This document shows, in pieces, positions 22,176-32,957 of a stretch of 64,000 bases of DNA. The stretch's first letter is position 1, and each line of letters opens with the position of its first letter. The translations under genes were made by a program, and so were the position numbers. Under the pieces are notes generated by a model that worked only from the letters and a program-made list of their open reading frames with translations, did no database searches and was not told the DNA's origin. Source of the DNA: Chlorobiota bacterium (GTDB taxonomy: Bacteria; Bacteroidota; Bacteroidia; Bacteroidales; VadinHA17); the NCBI GenBank assembly GCA_013152085.1, contig JAADHC010000054.1:10756-74755 (forward strand), in the 5' to 3' direction.

Positions 22176-22345
22176 GATGTCTATCATCCTCATATTAATC
22201 CAATATTCTTATCCGGTAAAAAATAACCTGTTTTTAGAATGAGTTTTTTACCTGCAGTATTGTTTTTTTAAGCTGAATTTATTATATTTAACACAGTATA
22301 AAAATGAGATAGTGCAAGATGATTCTTAGAGTATTGCAATAAAAT

Positions 22346-22376
22346 TTTGAAATGAAGAATGCAATATCTAAATTTG
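22346..22376 (+). promoter_or_regulatory. Bacteroidota sigma70-type promoter for rpsU
   Basis: TTTG (22346-22349)-N19-TAAATTTG (22369-22376). Confidence 0.7.
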
Positions 22377-22402
22377 CGCCTCATTTTAAAAATACAGAAG
22401 GC

Positions 22403-22594
22403 ATGATTGTAATTCCAGTTAAAGAAGGAGAAAACATTGAGCGGGCGTTAAAAAAGTATAAGCGTAAGTTTGAGAAGACAGGTATTATGCGTGAGTTACG
22501 CGCACGGCAGGCGTACGTAAAACCTTCCGTGCAGCGCCGGGAAACGATCAAACACGCTGTTTATATTCAAAAACTTAAGGAGGACAATGAGTAG
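22403..22594 (+). CDS. rpsU: 30S ribosomal protein S21
   Basis: MIVIPVKEGENIERALKKYKRKFEKTG..YVKPSV; true start is 22403, downstream of the promoter. Confidence 0.97.
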   Translation: MIVIPVKEGENIERALKKYKRKFEKTGIMRELRARQAYVKPSVQRRETIKHAVYIQKLKEDNE

Positions 22595-22673
22595 AATTGT
22601 TGTATAGGGACAGGGGATTTGCTGGTGGAATACCTGAGAAAGCATTTGTTGTTTTTACCAAAATCCCTTACCT

Positions 22674-23558
22674 GTGACACTCATCCATACATATCTCGAC
22701 TATCTTAAATATCAGAAAAGGTATTCAGAGCATACCGTATCTTCATACAATACGGATTTATTGCAGTTTGCCGGGTTTTGTCATCGTTTCTATCCCGCGG
22801 TAAAACTCCAGGATGTTGATTCCAAAACCATACGTAAGTGGCTGGTTGCCCTTGTCGAACAGAATCACAGGCCTTCAACGGTTAACCGAAAATTATCAGC
22901 TGTCAAATCTTTTTATCGTTTTTTAATCCGGGAGAATAAAATACTTTCCAATCCTGCATCAATGCTTACCGGTCCCAAAGCCGAAAAGGTCCTTCCTGTA
23001 TTTGTAAGAGAAGATGATATAAATAAATTATTGGATCAGCACGATTTCGGTGAGGATTTTATTGGCCTGCGTAATCAGTTAATCATTGAAATGTTGTATG
23101 ATACAGGGATGCGCCGGGCTGAGCTGATTGGGCTGAAACAGACGGATATTAACCTTGGCGAGCTGTCATTAAAGGTTCTTGGGAAACGAAATAAAGAACG
23201 GATTATTCCTATTACGACTGAACTGGCCCGAAAAATTTCTGTATATATTAAAGTAAGGGAAGAACAATTTCACGGAGGTTACGATCGTTTTTTCGTTACA
23301 GGAAAAGGCAGGCCATTGTATCCGAAACTTGTTTACCGGGTTGTCAATAAATATCTGGGAATGATCACAACATTGTCACACAGGAGTCCGCATATATTGC
23401 GTCATACATTTGCCACACATTTGCTGAACCGGGGTGCTGACCTGAATGCCATCAAGGAAATGCTGGGACATGCCAATTTATCTGCAACACAGATTTATAC
23501 ACATAATACTTTTGAAAATCTAAAGAAAGTTTACAGAAAGGCTCATCCAAGGGCCTGA
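22674..23558 (+). CDS. xerC: Tyrosine recombinase XerC-like
   Basis: YDTGMRRAEL, GKRNKER, SPHILRHTFATHLL, LGHANLSATQIYTH, AHPRA; conserved rpsU-xerC-hpf synteny. Confidence 0.88.
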   Translation: MTLIHTYLDYLKYQKRYSEHTVSSYNTDLLQFAGFCHRFYPAVKLQDVDSKTIRKWLVALVEQNHRPSTVNRKLSAVKSFYRFLIRENKILSNPASMLTGPKAEKVLPVFVREDDINKLLDQHDFGEDFIGLRNQLIIEMLYDTGMRRAELIGLKQTDINLGELSLKVLGKRNKERIIPITTELARKISVYIKVREEQFHGGYDRFFVTGKGRPLYPKLVYRVVNKYLGMITTLSHRSPHILRHTFATHLLNRGADLNAIKEMLGHANLSATQIYTHNTFENLKKVYRKAHPRA

Positions 23559-23588
23559 TCGTTTTACAAAAAAAAAGGAGGAATTGTT

Positions 23589-23888
23589 ATGAACGTACAG
23601 ATCCATTCGCTTAAATTTGATGCCGACAGAAAGTTGTTGGAATTTGTGGAAAATAAAACCTCAAAGCTGTCAAAGCTAAATGAGAATTTAATGAGTGCAG
23701 AGGTTTTTTTGCGTTTGGACAAAAGTGAAACTTCTGATAATAAGGTTGTTGAAATCAAGCTTGAGATGCCACGCACCTCTCTTTTTGCTAAAAAGCAAAG
23801 TAAAACTTTCGAAGAGGCTACCGATCTGGCTGTAGATGCTCTGAAGAAACAAGTTAACAAACAGAAGGGGAAACTGAGGGGTGTCTGA
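23589..23888 (+). CDS. hpf: Ribosome hibernation promoting factor (HPF/RaiA)
   Basis: MNVQIHSLKFDAD..LFAKKQSKTFEEATD; sigma-54 modulation/S30EA family. Confidence 0.92.
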   Translation: MNVQIHSLKFDADRKLLEFVENKTSKLSKLNENLMSAEVFLRLDKSETSDNKVVEIKLEMPRTSLFAKKQSKTFEEATDLAVDALKKQVNKQKGKLRGV

Positions 23889-23915
23889 GAATTCTGTTAA
23901 AATAGCCTTCTAATT

Positions 23916-23947
23916 TTTGTGTTATCAATTTTATTTTTCTACATTTG
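23916..23947 (+). promoter_or_regulatory. Promoter of the tRNA-tuf operon
   Basis: TTTG (23916-23919)-N20-TACATTTG (23940-23947); boxA-like GTTCTTTGA at 23981. Confidence 0.7.
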
Positions 23948-23994
23948 CAATCCGATTTTCGGGGGTATCCTGAGGGTGAGGTTCTTTGATCTAT

Positions 23995-24068
23995 GCCGAT
24001 GTAGCTCAGCTGGTCAGAGCAGCTGATTTGTAATCAGCAGGTCGTGGGTTCGAATCCCTCCATCGGCT
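23995..24068 (+). tRNA. tRNA-Thr(TGT)
   Basis: Acceptor GCCGATG/CATCGGC, anticodon arm GCTGA-TTTGTAA-TCAGC, TTCGAAT loop. Confidence 0.97.
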
Positions 24069-24086
24069 CGGGATGGTACAAAATAA

Positions 24087-24169
24087 GGGGAGATACCAAA
24101 GCGGTCAACTGGGGCAGACTGTAAATCTGCTGGCTGATGCCTTCGTAGGTTCGAATCCTGCTCTCCCCA
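24087..24169 (+). tRNA. tRNA-Tyr(GTA)
   Basis: Acceptor GGGGAGA/TCTCCCC, GCAGA-CTGTAAA-TCTGC, long variable arm. Confidence 0.97.
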
Positions 24170-24242
24170 CTTTGGTTATTTATGGTATAGCAGTACGATA
24201 ATAAACGGATAAATGTTCTTTAAAATATTGAAATAATAGTAG

Positions 24243-24383
24243 GCGGGAGTAGCTCAGTCCCGATTCTTCCCAAAAGGGGCTGCCTTTGGCAGCAATACTT
24301 TTGGAAGAAGAATCGAGGATCCACGAAAAACGACGCAAATCACAGATTTGCTGTTTTTCGGGATTGGTAGAGCATCAGCCTTC
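24243..24383 (+). pseudogene. tRNA-Gly 5'-half pseudogene, interrupted in the D-loop and truncated in the anticodon loop
   Basis: GCGGGAGTAGCTCAG + 106-bp insert + TTGGTAGAGCATCAGCCTTC, then diverges (AGAG). Confidence 0.9.
24258..24363. mobile_element. 106-bp REP/MITE-like double-hairpin insertion with TCCCGA/TCGGGA ends
   Basis: Present in one copy of the duplication and absent from the other; hairpins at 24258-24319 and 24320-24363; no target-site duplication. Confidence 0.75.
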
Positions 24384-24415
24384 AGAGGTTCTTTAAAATA
24401 TTGAAATAATAGTAG

Positions 24416-24488
24416 GCGGGAGTAGCTCAGTTGGTAGAGCATCAGCCTTCCAAGCTGAGGGTCGCGGATTCGAATTCCGTCTCCCGCT
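24416..24488 (+). tRNA. tRNA-Gly(TCC)
   Basis: Acceptor GCGGGAG/CTCCCGC, TCAGC-CTTCCAA-GCTGA. Confidence 0.97.
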
Positions 24489-24493
24489 CGAAA

Positions 24494-24566
<73 letters not shown>

Positions 24567-24630
24567 CTAACATGTTAAAATGAATAATATAAAAATGTAA
24601 ATATCAAGTGAAAATCTAATTTTTAAAATC

Positions 24631-25818
24631 ATGGCAAAAGAAAAATTTGAAAGAACAAAACCCCATGTTAATATCGGTACGATTGGTCACGTTGACCATG
24701 GTAAAACCACATTGACATCTGCCATCACAATGGTACTGGCCAAGCAAGGTCTTGCCCAGATTAAGGACTTCGATTCCATTGACAATGCTCCCGAAGAAAA
24801 AGAACGCGGTATTACCATTAATACTGCTCACGTAGAATATGAAACAACCAAGCGTCATTATGCTCATGTTGACTGTCCCGGTCACGCCGACTATGTGAAG
24901 AATATGGTTACAGGTGCTGCCCAGATGGATGGTGCGATCCTGGTTGTCGCTGCTACCGATGGTCCTATGCCACAAACCCGTGAGCATATCCTTCTGGCCC
25001 GTCAGGTAAACGTACCCAGAATTGTGGTTTTCCTCAATAAAGTGGATATGGTTGATGATGAAGAACTGATTGAACTTGTTGAAATGGAAGTTCGTGAGTT
25101 GCTGGATTTTTATGAGTTTGACGGTAACAATACACCGGTGATCCGGGGTTCTGCCTTAGGGGCTATGCAGGGAGATGAAAAATGGCAGAAGAAAGTTATG
25201 GAATTGATGGATGCCGTTGATGAATATATTCCTGTCCCTCCGCGTGATATTGAAAAACCTTTCCTGATGCCTGTAGAGGATGTGTTCTCGATTACAGGCC
25301 GTGGTACCGTGGCTACAGGAAGAATTGAAACAGGTGTGATCCATACCGGTGACGAAGTTGAGATGATCGGACTGGGTGCTAACAAGCGGAAAACGGTGGT
25401 TACCGGGGTGGAGATGTTTCGCAAGATTCTTGATACCGGTGAAGCTGGCGACAATGTCGGACTCCTGCTTCGTGGTGTTGACAAAAAAGAGATCAAGCGT
25501 GGCATGGTTCTGGCCAAGTCGGGTTCGATTACACCGCATACCAAATTTAAGGCTGAGGTTTATGTTTTGAAAAAAGAAGAAGGTGGCCGTCATACACCCT
25601 TCCACAACAAATACCGTCCGCAGTTTTATCTGAGAACTCTTGATGTTACCGGCGAAATTACCCTTCCGGAAGGAACAGAAATGGTCATGCCCGGTGATAA
25701 TGTAACCATTACGGTCGAATTGATTTATCCGGTTGCTATTAACAAGGGATTACGTTTTGCTATCCGTGAAGGCGGACGCACCGTAGGTGCCGGCCAGGTT
25801 ACGGATATCATTGAATAG
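24631..25818 (+). CDS. tuf: Elongation factor Tu
   Basis: [30 protein letters not shown]. Confidence 0.99.
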   Translation: MAKEKFERTKPHVNIGTIGHVDHGKTTLTSAITMVLAKQGLAQIKDFDSIDNAPEEKERGITINTAHVEYETTKRHYAHVDCPGHADYVKNMVTGAAQMDGAILVVAATDGPMPQTREHILLARQVNVPRIVVFLNKVDMVDDEELIELVEMEVRELLDFYEFDGNNTPVIRGSALGAMQGDEKWQKKVMELMDAVDEYIPVPPRDIEKPFLMPVEDVFSITGRGTVATGRIETGVIHTGDEVEMIGLGANKRKTVVTGVEMFRKILDTGEAGDNVGLLLRGVDKKEIKRGMVLAKSGSITPHTKFKAEVYVLKKEEGGRHTPFHNKYRPQFYLRTLDVTGEITLPEGTEMVMPGDNVTITVELIYPVAINKGLRFAIREGGRTVGAGQVTDIIE

Positions 25819-25880
25819 CATTGAGATGCCTGTTGATATTACAGGCTGCCATGGCTCAATCAATTGCCGAAAAGACAGAC

Positions 25881-25953
25881 ACGGGTGTAGCTCAGTTGGT
25901 AGAGCACTGGTCTCCAAAACCAGGTGTCGGGAGTTCGAGTCTCTCCTCCCGTG
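25881..25953 (+). tRNA. tRNA-Trp(CCA)
   Basis: CTGGT-CTCCAAA-ACCAG anticodon arm, TTCGAGT loop; lies between tuf and secE. Confidence 0.96.
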
Positions 25954-26057
25954 CTACTTTTACGATCAAAAATGGAAAAAACGCTGTAGCAAATCTTCCC
26001 GGGATAATACCTTAAATATAACATAGTCCTGGCAGGTTGCTAAAAAAAGCAAAAAAA

Positions 26058-26249
26058 ATGAAATTCAAATCCTTTTTTTCAGAGGCCTACAACGAGTTGA
26101 TGCATAAAGTAACCTGGCCGACATGGAGTGAACTTCAGAACAGTGCGGTAATCGTTATGGTCGCTACCATTCTTATTGCAATGGTTATTTTTCTGATGGA
26201 TTTTTCATTTCAGCATATTATGGATTTTGTTTATAAGCTGTTTTTTTAA
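26058..26249 (+). CDS. secE: Preprotein translocase subunit SecE
   Basis: [15 protein letters not shown] plus a single TM; synteny. Confidence 0.95.
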   Translation: MKFKSFFSEAYNELMHKVTWPTWSELQNSAVIVMVATILIAMVIFLMDFSFQHIMDFVYKLFF

Positions 26250-26266
26250 TACCCAGGAGCAAGAAA

Positions 26267-26815
26267 ATGTCAGATACGGAAAAAAAGTGGTATGTACTGC
26301 GGGCAATCGGAGGGAAGGAGAAGAAGGTTAAAGAATATATTGAATCGGAAATCTCACGGTTAAACCTTCAGGATTACATTGCACAGGTACTGATCCCAAC
26401 CGAAAAAGTATACCAAATCCGTGCCGGGAAGAAGATTTCCAAGGAGCGCAATTTCTTTCCGGGATATATCCTTGTCGAAGCGACACTGGCCGGAGAAATT
26501 GAGCATATTTTATCCAATATCCCGAATGTTATCGGATTTCTGGGAGAAGAACACGGAGGCGAACCGGTGCCTTTGCGACCCGCTGAAGTGAACAGAATCC
26601 TGGGGAAAGTGGATGAACTTGCCAATAGTGATGAGGAAATCAATGTTCCTTTCTTTGTTGGAGAAACGGTAAAAGTAATTGACGGACCTTTTAACAGCTT
26701 TACAGGCGTAATTGAGGAAGTGAATGAAGAGAAGAAAAAATTAAAGGTAATGGTTAAGATCTTCGGGCGGAAAACACCGCTTGAACTGAGTTTTATGCAA
26801 GTTGAAAAAGAATAG
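26267..26815 (+). CDS. nusG: Transcription termination/antitermination factor NusG
   Basis: [17 protein letters not shown] motif [19 protein letters not shown]. Confidence 0.98.
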   Translation: MSDTEKKWYVLRAIGGKEKKVKEYIESEISRLNLQDYIAQVLIPTEKVYQIRAGKKISKERNFFPGYILVEATLAGEIEHILSNIPNVIGFLGEEHGGEPVPLRPAEVNRILGKVDELANSDEEINVPFFVGETVKVIDGPFNSFTGVIEEVNEEKKKLKVMVKIFGRKTPLELSFMQVEKE

Positions 26816-26909
26816 TAGATATACAGCTTTTGGTTATAATAACCTTATAATGCTTCCTGAATAATCAAAAGGCTGTTGGTTGATTAAATAAATGTTGAAA
26901 TCCTGAATT

Positions 26910-27353
26910 ATGGCAAAAGAAGTCGCAGGACTAATTAAATTACAGATACGTGGCGGAGCGGCTAATCCTTCTCCACCTGTCGGGCCTGCACTGGGTGCAA
27001 AAGGCGTGAATATCATGGACTTTTGCAAACAGTTCAATGCCCGTACACAGGAGCAGTCCGGAAAACTGATACCGGTAGTGATCACGGTGTATAATGATAA
27101 ATCTTTCGATTTTGTTACCAAAACACCCCCTGTTGCCGTTCAATTACTTGAAGCGGCAAAGATCAAGTCCGGTTCCCCAGAACCCAACCGTGAAAAGGTA
27201 GCCAGTGTTACCTGGGATCAGGTCAAATCAATAGCAAAAGATAAAATGCCTGACCTGAATGCATTTACGGTTGAATCGGCCATGAAGATGGTTGCCGGCA
27301 CCGCACGTAGTATGGGAATAACCGTTAAGGGAACATTCCCTGGAAACCAATAA
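26910..27353 (+). CDS. rplK: 50S ribosomal protein L11
   Basis: [28 protein letters not shown]. Confidence 0.99.
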   Translation: MAKEVAGLIKLQIRGGAANPSPPVGPALGAKGVNIMDFCKQFNARTQEQSGKLIPVVITVYNDKSFDFVTKTPPVAVQLLEAAKIKSGSPEPNREKVASVTWDQVKSIAKDKMPDLNAFTVESAMKMVAGTARSMGITVKGTFPGNQ

Positions 27354-27363
27354 ACAGATAAAA

Positions 27364-28059
27364 ATGGGTAAACTGACGAAAAATCGTAAACTCGCCCTAG
27401 AAAAAGTTGAACCGGGGAAACCGTACAAACTCTCTGAAGCTGTACAATTGGTAAAAGATGTATCTACTGCCAAATTTGATGCTTCAGTAGATGTGGATGT
27501 ACACTTAGGTGTTGACCCAAGGAAATCCAACCAGATGGTTCGGGGTATTGTTACCCTGCCGCACGGAACAGGAAAGGAAACACACGTTCTTGTTTTGTGT
27601 ACACCTGACAAGGAAGAAGAGGCTAAAGAGGCTGGCGCCGACTATGTCGGGCTGGATGAGTTTATCGAAAAGATCAAGGGAGGTTGGACAGATGTGGATG
27701 TGATCATTACGATGCCTCAGGTGATGGGAAAGGTTGGACAATTGGGAAGGATCCTTGGCCCGCGGGGCCTCATGCCAAACCCTAAAAGTGGTACCGTTAC
27801 CATGGACGTGGGCAAGGCCGTGAAAGAGGTAAAACAAGGGAAAATTGATTTTAAGGTTGATAAATATGGGATTATCCACGCTTCTGTCGGCAAAGTATCT
27901 TTTGAGCCGGAAAAATTAGCAGATAATGCCCGGGAGTTTATTAATACAATCATTAAACTCAAGCCCTCATCGGCCAAAGGAACCTATATTAAGAGTATCT
28001 ATCTTTCCAGTACCATGAGTCCCGGAATCAGAATAGATACCAAAGCAATTGATGAATAA
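27364..28059 (+). CDS. rplA: 50S ribosomal protein L1
   Basis: [29 protein letters not shown]. Confidence 0.99.
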   Translation: MGKLTKNRKLALEKVEPGKPYKLSEAVQLVKDVSTAKFDASVDVDVHLGVDPRKSNQMVRGIVTLPHGTGKETHVLVLCTPDKEEEAKEAGADYVGLDEFIEKIKGGWTDVDVIITMPQVMGKVGQLGRILGPRGLMPNPKSGTVTMDVGKAVKEVKQGKIDFKVDKYGIIHASVGKVSFEPEKLADNAREFINTIIKLKPSSAKGTYIKSIYLSSTMSPGIRIDTKAIDE

Positions 28060-28083
28060 TTTCTCGCTGTTAATGTAAAAATT

Positions 28084-28605
28084 ATGACAAGGGAAGAAAA
28101 AAATGCAATCATCGATGCACTTACGGAGCAGATCAATGCAACGGACCATCTGTATCTTACAGATATTTCGACACTGAATGCCCTGGATACCAGTGCACTT
28201 CGCCGGAAATGCTTCGAAAATGGTATCGAACTGATTGTTGTGAAAAACACCCTGTTGAAGAGAGCGTTGGATAAAGCCGATAAAGATTTTAATGATCTTT
28301 TTGATGTGCTGAAAGATTCTACCTCTCTGATGCTTACCGAAACTGCCAACCTTCCGGCAAAACTGATTAAGGAATTCCGGAAAAACCATGACAGACCGGT
28401 ATTGAAAGCTGCCTTTGTGGAAGAATCCATTTATATGGGTGACGACCAACTGGAAACTTTGGCATCGCTGAAATCAAAAGAAGAACTGATTGGCGATATC
28501 ATTCTCCTGTTGCAGTCACCGATGAAAAATGTGATCTCTTCACTTCAATCCGGCGGAAACATCCTGACAGGCGTATTAAAAACATTATCTGAAAAAGAAA
28601 ATTAA
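28084..28605 (+). CDS. rplJ: 50S ribosomal protein L10
   Basis: LRRKCF, VVKNTLL, LKSKEEL; synteny. Confidence 0.98.
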   Translation: MTREEKNAIIDALTEQINATDHLYLTDISTLNALDTSALRRKCFENGIELIVVKNTLLKRALDKADKDFNDLFDVLKDSTSLMLTETANLPAKLIKEFRKNHDRPVLKAAFVEESIYMGDDQLETLASLKSKEELIGDIILLLQSPMKNVISSLQSGGNILTGVLKTLSEKEN

Positions 28606-28630
28606 AAATTAACGATTAAAACATTTAACC

Positions 28631-29008
28631 ATGGCTGATTTAAAAAAGCTTGCAGATGAATTAGTAAACCTGACTGTAAAAGAAGTCAATGAACTGGCCG
28701 ATATCCTGAAAGATGAATATGGTATTGAGCCGGCAGCTGCTGCAGTTGCAGTAGCAGGACCCGCTGCCGAAAGTAACGGCGGAGCTGCTGTAGAAAAAAC
28801 CAGCTTCGATGTTGTATTAAAAGCACCGGGTGGCGCTAAACTTCAGGTTGTGAAGTTGGTAAAAGAACTTACCGGCCTGGGTCTGAAAGAAGCTAAAGGC
28901 GTAGTTGATGCTGCACCTGCTCCTGTAAAGGAAGGCGTTTCAAAAGAAGAGGCCGAATCCATTAAGTCACAACTGGAAGAAGCTGGAGCTGAAGTTGAGC
29001 TTAAATAG
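28631..29008 (+). CDS. rplL: 50S ribosomal protein L7/L12
   Basis: [29 protein letters not shown]. Confidence 0.99.
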   Translation: MADLKKLADELVNLTVKEVNELADILKDEYGIEPAAAAVAVAGPAAESNGGAAVEKTSFDVVLKAPGGAKLQVVKLVKELTGLGLKEAKGVVDAAPAPVKEGVSKEEAESIKSQLEEAGAEVELK

Positions 29009-29031
29009 CAGGGTCAATTCCCAATGCTCAC

Positions 29032-29068
29032 AGGTTTAGAATCCCCCCGGGGGATTCTAAGCCTTTTT
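29032..29068 (+). terminator. Intrinsic terminator/attenuator between rplL and rpoB
   Basis: AGGTTTAGAATCCCC-CCG-GGGGATTCTAAGCCT followed by a T-tract. Confidence 0.8.
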
Positions 29069-29107
29069 GCTATTTGTATCATATCTGTTCTTTAAAAATA
29101 TTTTTTC

Positions 29108-32100
29108 ATGACGCCGGTCAAAACTCAACCCAAAAGAATCAATTTTTCCAGAACCAGAAATCAACTTGATTATCCTGATTTTCTGGAGATTCAGCTTAGG
29201 TCTTTTAAGGAATTCTTCAGCATCGAAACTACTGCTGAAGAACGTAAACAGGAAGGTCTTTACAAAGTTTTCTCTGATAATTTCCCGATTACGGATACAC
29301 GGAACAACTTCGTTCTTGAATTTCTCGATTATAATATCGACCCTCCCCGCTATACTATCGGGGAGTGTCTTGAAAGAGGACTAACTTTTAGTGTACCCCT
29401 GAAAGCAAGGCTGAAATTATATTGTACGGATCCCGAACATGAGGATTTCGAAACAGTCATCCAGGATGTATATCTCGGTACGGTACCTTATATGACCCGT
29501 CGCGGTACCTTTGTGATCAATGGTGCGGAAAGAGTCGTGGTTTCCCAGTTACATCGTTCCCCCGGTGTTTTCTTCGGACAAAGCCTCCATGCAAATGGAA
29601 CAAAACTCTATTCCGCACGTGTTATTCCTTTTAAAGGTTCCTGGATCGAGTTTGCTACAGACATTAACAATGTTATGTATGCATACATCGACAGGAAAAA
29701 GAAATTGCCGGTAACTACGCTGCTCCGCGCCATTGGGTTTGAAAGCGATAAGGATATCCTCGACATTTTCAACCTGAGCGAAGAAATTAAAGTTACCAAA
29801 ACCGGCCTGAAAAAGGTTATCGGCCGTAAACTGGCTGCCCGTGTCCTGAAAACATGGGTCGAAGATTTTGTTGATGAAGATACCGGTGAAGTGGTAACCA
29901 TCGAGAGAAATGAAGTGGTTATCGACAGGGAAACGGTACTCGAGAATGAACATGTCGACGTTATTGTTGAGTCAGGTGCAAAAACCATACTGATTCACCG
30001 CGAAGACCAGAATGTCTCGGATTACGAAATTATTTACAACACCCTTCAGAAAGATCCGTGTAACTCTGAAAAAGAAGCGGTTATTCATATTTACAGACAG
30101 CTCAGAAATGCTGAACCTCCGGACGAAGCAACGGCCCGCGATGTGATCGATAAATTGTTTTTCTCAGACAAAAGATATGACCTTGGCGAGGTTGGCCGGT
30201 ACAAGCTTAACAAAAAACTTGGCCTGGAAACCACTATGGATACCAAGGTGCTTACCCGCGAGGATATTATCGAAATCATCAGGCACCTGATCCGGCTAAT
30301 AAATTCAAAAACGGATGTTGACGATATTGACCACCTGAGTAACCGGCGTGTCCGTACGGTTGGTGAACAGCTTGCCAACCAGTTTGGCGTTGGACTGGCC
30401 CGGATGGCAAGGACGATTCGTGAAAGAATGAATGTCAGGGATAATGAGGTTTTTACACCTATTGACCTGATCAATGCCAAAACGCTGTCTTCGGTGATTA
30501 ATTCATTTTTCGGAACGAATCAGCTCTCCCAGTTTATGGATCAGACAAATCCGCTGGCCGAAATGACACATAAACGCCGTATGTCCGCACTCGGACCGGG
30601 AGGTTTGTCCCGCGAACGCGCCGGATTTGAAGTACGTGACGTACATTATACACATTATGGCCGGTTATGTCCGATTGAGACACCTGAAGGGCCGAATATC
30701 GGATTGATCTCATCCCTTTGTGTATATGCCAAGATCAATGATCTGGGATTTATTGAAACACCCTATCGAAAAGTTGAAACCGGAAAAATCAACCTTGACA
30801 ATCAACAGGTTGAGTACCTGAGTGCCGAAGAGGAAGAAGCCAAAATTATTGCCCAGGCCAATGCTCCTGTTGACGAAGGTGGCAAATTTGTTAACCAGAG
30901 GGTGAAAGCCCGCTATGAAGGTGATTTCCCGTTTGTAGAAGCGGAGAAAGTCGATTTAATGGATGTTGCTCCCAATCAGATTGCTTCGGTAGCTGCTTCG
31001 CTGATACCTTTCCTGGAGCATGATGATGCCAACCGTGCACTAATGGGTTCGAACATGATGCGCCAGGCCGTTCCGCTGCTGAAACCCGAAGCTCCCATTG
31101 TGGGTACGGGGATTGAGGAAATTGTCGCACAGGATTCCAGAATGCTGGATGTGGCCGAAGGAGATGGGGTGGTGGAATATGTTGATTCCAACCAGATTGT
31201 TATTCGTTATCTGCGTACCGACGAAGAAAAGTTTATCAGTTTCGATGATGATGTTAAAGTTTATAAACTCTCTAAGTTTCATAAAACCAACCAGAATACC
31301 TGTGTAAGTATTAATCCTATTGTTTCTAAAGGAGATAAGGTAAAAAGAGGACAGATATTGTCTGAAGGTTATGCCACACGTGACGGTGAACTGGCTCTGG
31401 GACGTAATCTGAAGGTTGCCTTTATGCCGTGGAAAGGGTATAACTTCGAGGATGCAATTGTTATTTCTGAGAAAGTTGTGCGTAACGATATTTTTACTTC
31501 CATTCATATCGACGAATATGTTCTGGAAGTAAGAGATACCAAACGAGGCCTTGAAGAGCTTACCTCTGACATACCAAACGTGAGTGAGGAAGCTACAAAG
31601 AACCTCGACGAAAACGGATTAATCCGTATTGGCGCACATATCAAACCTGGTGATATCCTTATCGGGAAGATTACCCCAAAAGGAGAATCCGATCCCTCTC
31701 CCGAAGAAAAACTCCTCCGGGCTATTTTCGGTGACAAGGCCGGAGACGTAAAAGATGCTTCGCTGAAAGCCGGACCTTCCCTGGAAGGTGTTGTTATTGA
31801 CAAGAAACTTTTTTCACGTTCGGTGAAAGACCGCCATACACGTGCCGGCGAAAAACAAGTACTGGAAAAACTCGACAAAGAGTTCAATCAGAAAGCGGAA
31901 GAACTCAGGGCTAAACTTATTGACAAACTGTTTGTCCTGGTAAGTGGGAAAACTTCTCAGGGAGTAAAAAACATCTATAATGAAGATCTTATCCCAAAAG
32001 GCGTAAAGTTTACACTGAAACAGCTCCAGGAAGTGGATTTTCTGAATGTTAATCCTAATAAATGGACAACAGATAAAAAGAAAAACGAAACCATCCGGAT

Positions 32101-32923
32101 ACTCCTGCACAATTACCTGATCAAATACAAGGAAATTGACGGGAATATCAAACGTCAGAAATATAATATCAATATAGGCGATGAATTGCCTGCCGGTATC
32201 ATTAAGATGGCTAAAGTTTATATTGCCAAGAAACGAAAGGTTAAGGTAGGGGATAAAATGGCCGGACGCCATGGGAACAAAGGAATTGTGGCTAAGATTG
32301 TTCGTGAGGAAGACATGCCCTTCCTGGATGACGGAACGCCAGTTGACATTGTCCTGAACCCGTTAGGCGTGCCTTCAAGGATGAACCTCGGACAGATTTA
32401 TGAAACAGTACTTGGTTGGGCTGGCCAGAAACTGGGTGTGAAATTTTCCACCCCCATCTTTGATGGTGCCTTACTGGAGCAAATCACTGAATATACCGAT
32501 AAGGCTGGCTTGCCAAAATATGGTGTCACCTATCTTCATGATGGGGGTACAGGCGAACGGTTTGATCAACCGGCAACCGTTGGGGTAATCTATATGCTCA
32601 AACTCGGACATCTCGTGGATGATAAAATGCATGCACGCTCTATCGGTCCTTATTCACTCATTACACAGCAGCCGCTGGGTGGTAAAGCTCAGTTTGGAGG
32701 CCAGCGTTTTGGCGAAATGGAAGTCTGGGCACTTGAAGCTTTTGGTGCCGCTAACGTTTTACAGGAAATACTGACGGTTAAGTCTGATGATGTACAGGGT
32801 CGTGCTAAAACCTACGAAGTGATCGTAAAAGGAGAAAATATGCCCAAACCCGGTATCCCCGAATCGCTCAATGTCCTGTTGCATGAACTCAGAGGCCTTG
32901 CCCTGAGCATTAAAATGGAATAA
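29108..32923 (+). CDS. rpoB: DNA-directed RNA polymerase subunit beta
   Basis: [45 protein letters not shown]. Confidence 0.99.
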   Translation: MTPVKTQPKRINFSRTRNQLDYPDFLEIQLRSFKEFFSIETTAEERKQEGLYKVFSDNFPITDTRNNFVLEFLDYNIDPPRYTIGECLERGLTFSVPLKARLKLYCTDPEHEDFETVIQDVYLGTVPYMTRRGTFVINGAERVVVSQLHRSPGVFFGQSLHANGTKLYSARVIPFKGSWIEFATDINNVMYAYIDRKKKLPVTTLLRAIGFESDKDILDIFNLSEEIKVTKTGLKKVIGRKLAARVLKTWVEDFVDEDTGEVVTIERNEVVIDRETVLENEHVDVIVESGAKTILIHREDQNVSDYEIIYNTLQKDPCNSEKEAVIHIYRQLRNAEPPDEATARDVIDKLFFSDKRYDLGEVGRYKLNKKLGLETTMDTKVLTREDIIEIIRHLIRLINSKTDVDDIDHLSNRRVRTVGEQLANQFGVGLARMARTIRERMNVRDNEVFTPIDLINAKTLSSVINSFFGTNQLSQFMDQTNPLAEMTHKRRMSALGPGGLSRERAGFEVRDVHYTHYGRLCPIETPEGPNIGLISSLCVYAKINDLGFIETPYRKVETGKINLDNQQVEYLSAEEEEAKIIAQANAPVDEGGKFVNQRVKARYEGDFPFVEAEKVDLMDVAPNQIASVAASLIPFLEHDDANRALMGSNMMRQAVPLLKPEAPIVGTGIEEIVAQDSRMLDVAEGDGVVEYVDSNQIVIRYLRTDEEKFISFDDDVKVYKLSKFHKTNQNTCVSINPIVSKGDKVKRGQILSEGYATRDGELALGRNLKVAFMPWKGYNFEDAIVISEKVVRNDIFTSIHIDEYVLEVRDTKRGLEELTSDIPNVSEEATKNLDENGLIRIGAHIKPGDILIGKITPKGESDPSPEEKLLRAIFGDKAGDVKDASLKAGPSLEGVVIDKKLFSRSVKDRHTRAGEKQVLEKLDKEFNQKAEELRAKLIDKLFVLVSGKTSQGVKNIYNEDLIPKGVKFTLKQLQEVDFLNVNPNKWTTDKKKNETIRILLHNYLIKYKEIDGNIKRQKYNINIGDELPAGIIKMAKVYIAKKRKVKVGDKMAGRHGNKGIVAKIVREEDMPFLDDGTPVDIVLNPLGVPSRMNLGQIYETVLGWAGQKLGVKFSTPIFDGALLEQITEYTDKAGLPKYGVTYLHDGGTGERFDQPATVGVIYMLKLGHLVDDKMHARSIGPYSLITQQPLGGKAQFGGQRFGEMEVWALEAFGAANVLQEILTVKSDDVQGRAKTYEVIVKGENMPKPGIPESLNVLLHELRGLALSIKME

Positions 32924-32957
32924 GTTTTTTAATCCGTAAATTGTAATACTTTATCAT

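Larger units (their letters stand above)
24215..24450 (+). repeat. Direct duplication of 28 bp of leader plus the first 35 nt of tRNA-Gly
   Basis: 24215-24257 plus 24364-24383 is identical to 24388-24450 (GTTCTTTAAAATATTGAAATAATAGTAG-GCGGGAGTAGCTCAG|TTGGTAGAGCATCAGCCTTC). Confidence 0.95.

Noticed and set aside
22352-22402. N-terminally extended S21 (ORF track start 22352); similar extensions on NikR, TsaA, Maf, UbiA, SecE and Pyk
   Set aside because: The extensions overlap promoters or upstream genes; homology starts at the downstream ATGs.
22674-23558. Tyrosine recombinase near tRNAs as the integrase of a genomic island
   Set aside because: It has XerC-type motifs (ATQIYTH, AHPRA) and sits in the conserved rpsU-xerC-hpf block, with no cargo or att pair.
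24258-24363. Group I/II or archaeal-type tRNA intron
   Set aside because: Only 106 bp, with no catalytic core or bulge-helix-bulge motif, and the host copy lacks its 3' half.
24254-24442. 62-aa minus-strand ORF, 64/79-aa ORFs over tRNA-Trp, and the many antisense ORFs within rpoBC, tuf, purL and hox
   Set aside because: Shadow ORFs over tRNAs or well-supported genes, with no motifs.
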